From: Desulfovibrio sp.
Lineage (GTDB): Bacteria > Bacillota > Dethiobacteria > DTU022
Direction of reading: 5' to 3'
DNA: 64,000 nucleotides
NCBI GenBank assembly: GCA_020060545.1
Contig: JAGUZX010000131.1
Span: 856-64,855 of the forward strand
Part shown: in pieces, positions 63,819-64,000 of the stretch
Layout: the number at the start of each line of letters is the position of its first letter
Position numbering within the stretch: the stretch's first letter is position 1
Position numbers and translations under genes: made by a program
Notes under the pieces: model-generated
What the model was told of the DNA's origin: nothing
What the model saw: the letters and a program-made list of their open reading frames with translations, nothing else
Databases searched by the model: none

Positions 63819-64000
63819 ATGTACGCGGTGATTCTGGCGGGAGGCAGCGGCACCCGCCTCTGGCCGCTCAGCCGGGAGCATTTTGCCAAGCAGTACCTGG
63901 CCCTGGGCGACTCCGCTTTGAGCCTTTTTCAGGAAACGGTGGCCAGGGTGCTGCCCGCCGTTCCCGAGGAGCGGGTGCTGGTGGTAACCCACCGTGACCA
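63819..64000 (+). CDS. manC: Mannose-1-phosphate guanylyltransferase, N-terminal part (3' end outside the window)
   Basis: MYAVILAGGSGTRLWPLSREHFAKQYL is the canonical nucleotidyltransferase N-terminus of ManC/CpsB. Confidence 0.8.
   Translation, partial: MYAVILAGGSGTRLWPLSREHFAKQYLALGDSALSLFQETVARVLPAVPEERVLVVTHRD

Overview
High-GC (about 58-60% by eye) chromosomal segment. Gene content suggests a Gram-positive anaerobe, possibly a Peptococcaceae/Desulfotomaculum-like Firmicute, but that taxonomic call is inference only. I support about 60 protein genes, several gene fragments, and three families of intergenic repeats. I saw no rRNA, tRNA, CRISPR array, transposase or integrase. Blocks in order: (1) a VapC tail, then an agr-type quorum-sensing locus. 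It has a membrane protein, AgrB, a 43-aa AgrD-like prepeptide missing from the ORF track, and a PAS hybrid histidine kinase. (2) A decayed accessory stretch with MazF, MurA, SSS-transporter and 7TM-kinase fragments. It also holds a K+ channel, an IclR/SSS/DUF362/MBL/GNAT group, an orphan ABC-ATPase/HtrA operon opposite a Spy/CpxP-like gene, an AbiEii toxin pair, an ABC-2 exporter and an MFS gene. (3) Two radical-SAM enzymes with twin-arginine-like N-termini, next to a fused MFS/spermidine-synthase-like membrane protein. (4) A sigma-54 module. A PAS-AAA+ activator is followed by three GG-N10-GC promoters, in front of an NhaC transporter, a GNAT-lysine 2,3-aminomutase pair, and two tandem non-pyrrolysine MttB-family methyltransferase/corrinoid-protein pairs. 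I consider this the best candidate for an undescribed pathway. (5) Polyprenyl synthetase, thioredoxin, lipid kinase and a DUF2600 (YtpB-like) terpene synthase. (6) Transporters (DASS, GltS-like, AzlCD), then an anaerobic histidine-utilisation operon: hutH-hutP-hutU-(pterin-binding methyltransferase)-cyclodeaminase-formimidoyltransferase-hutI. Its leader carries a HutP-type NAG-N4 repeat and a terminator. (7) An MBL hydrolase, a PrcB/Gmad2 lipoprotein, a membrane-anchored SGDH-type beta-propeller and the start of manC. All functional calls come from reading the translations and recognising motifs; no database search was run.
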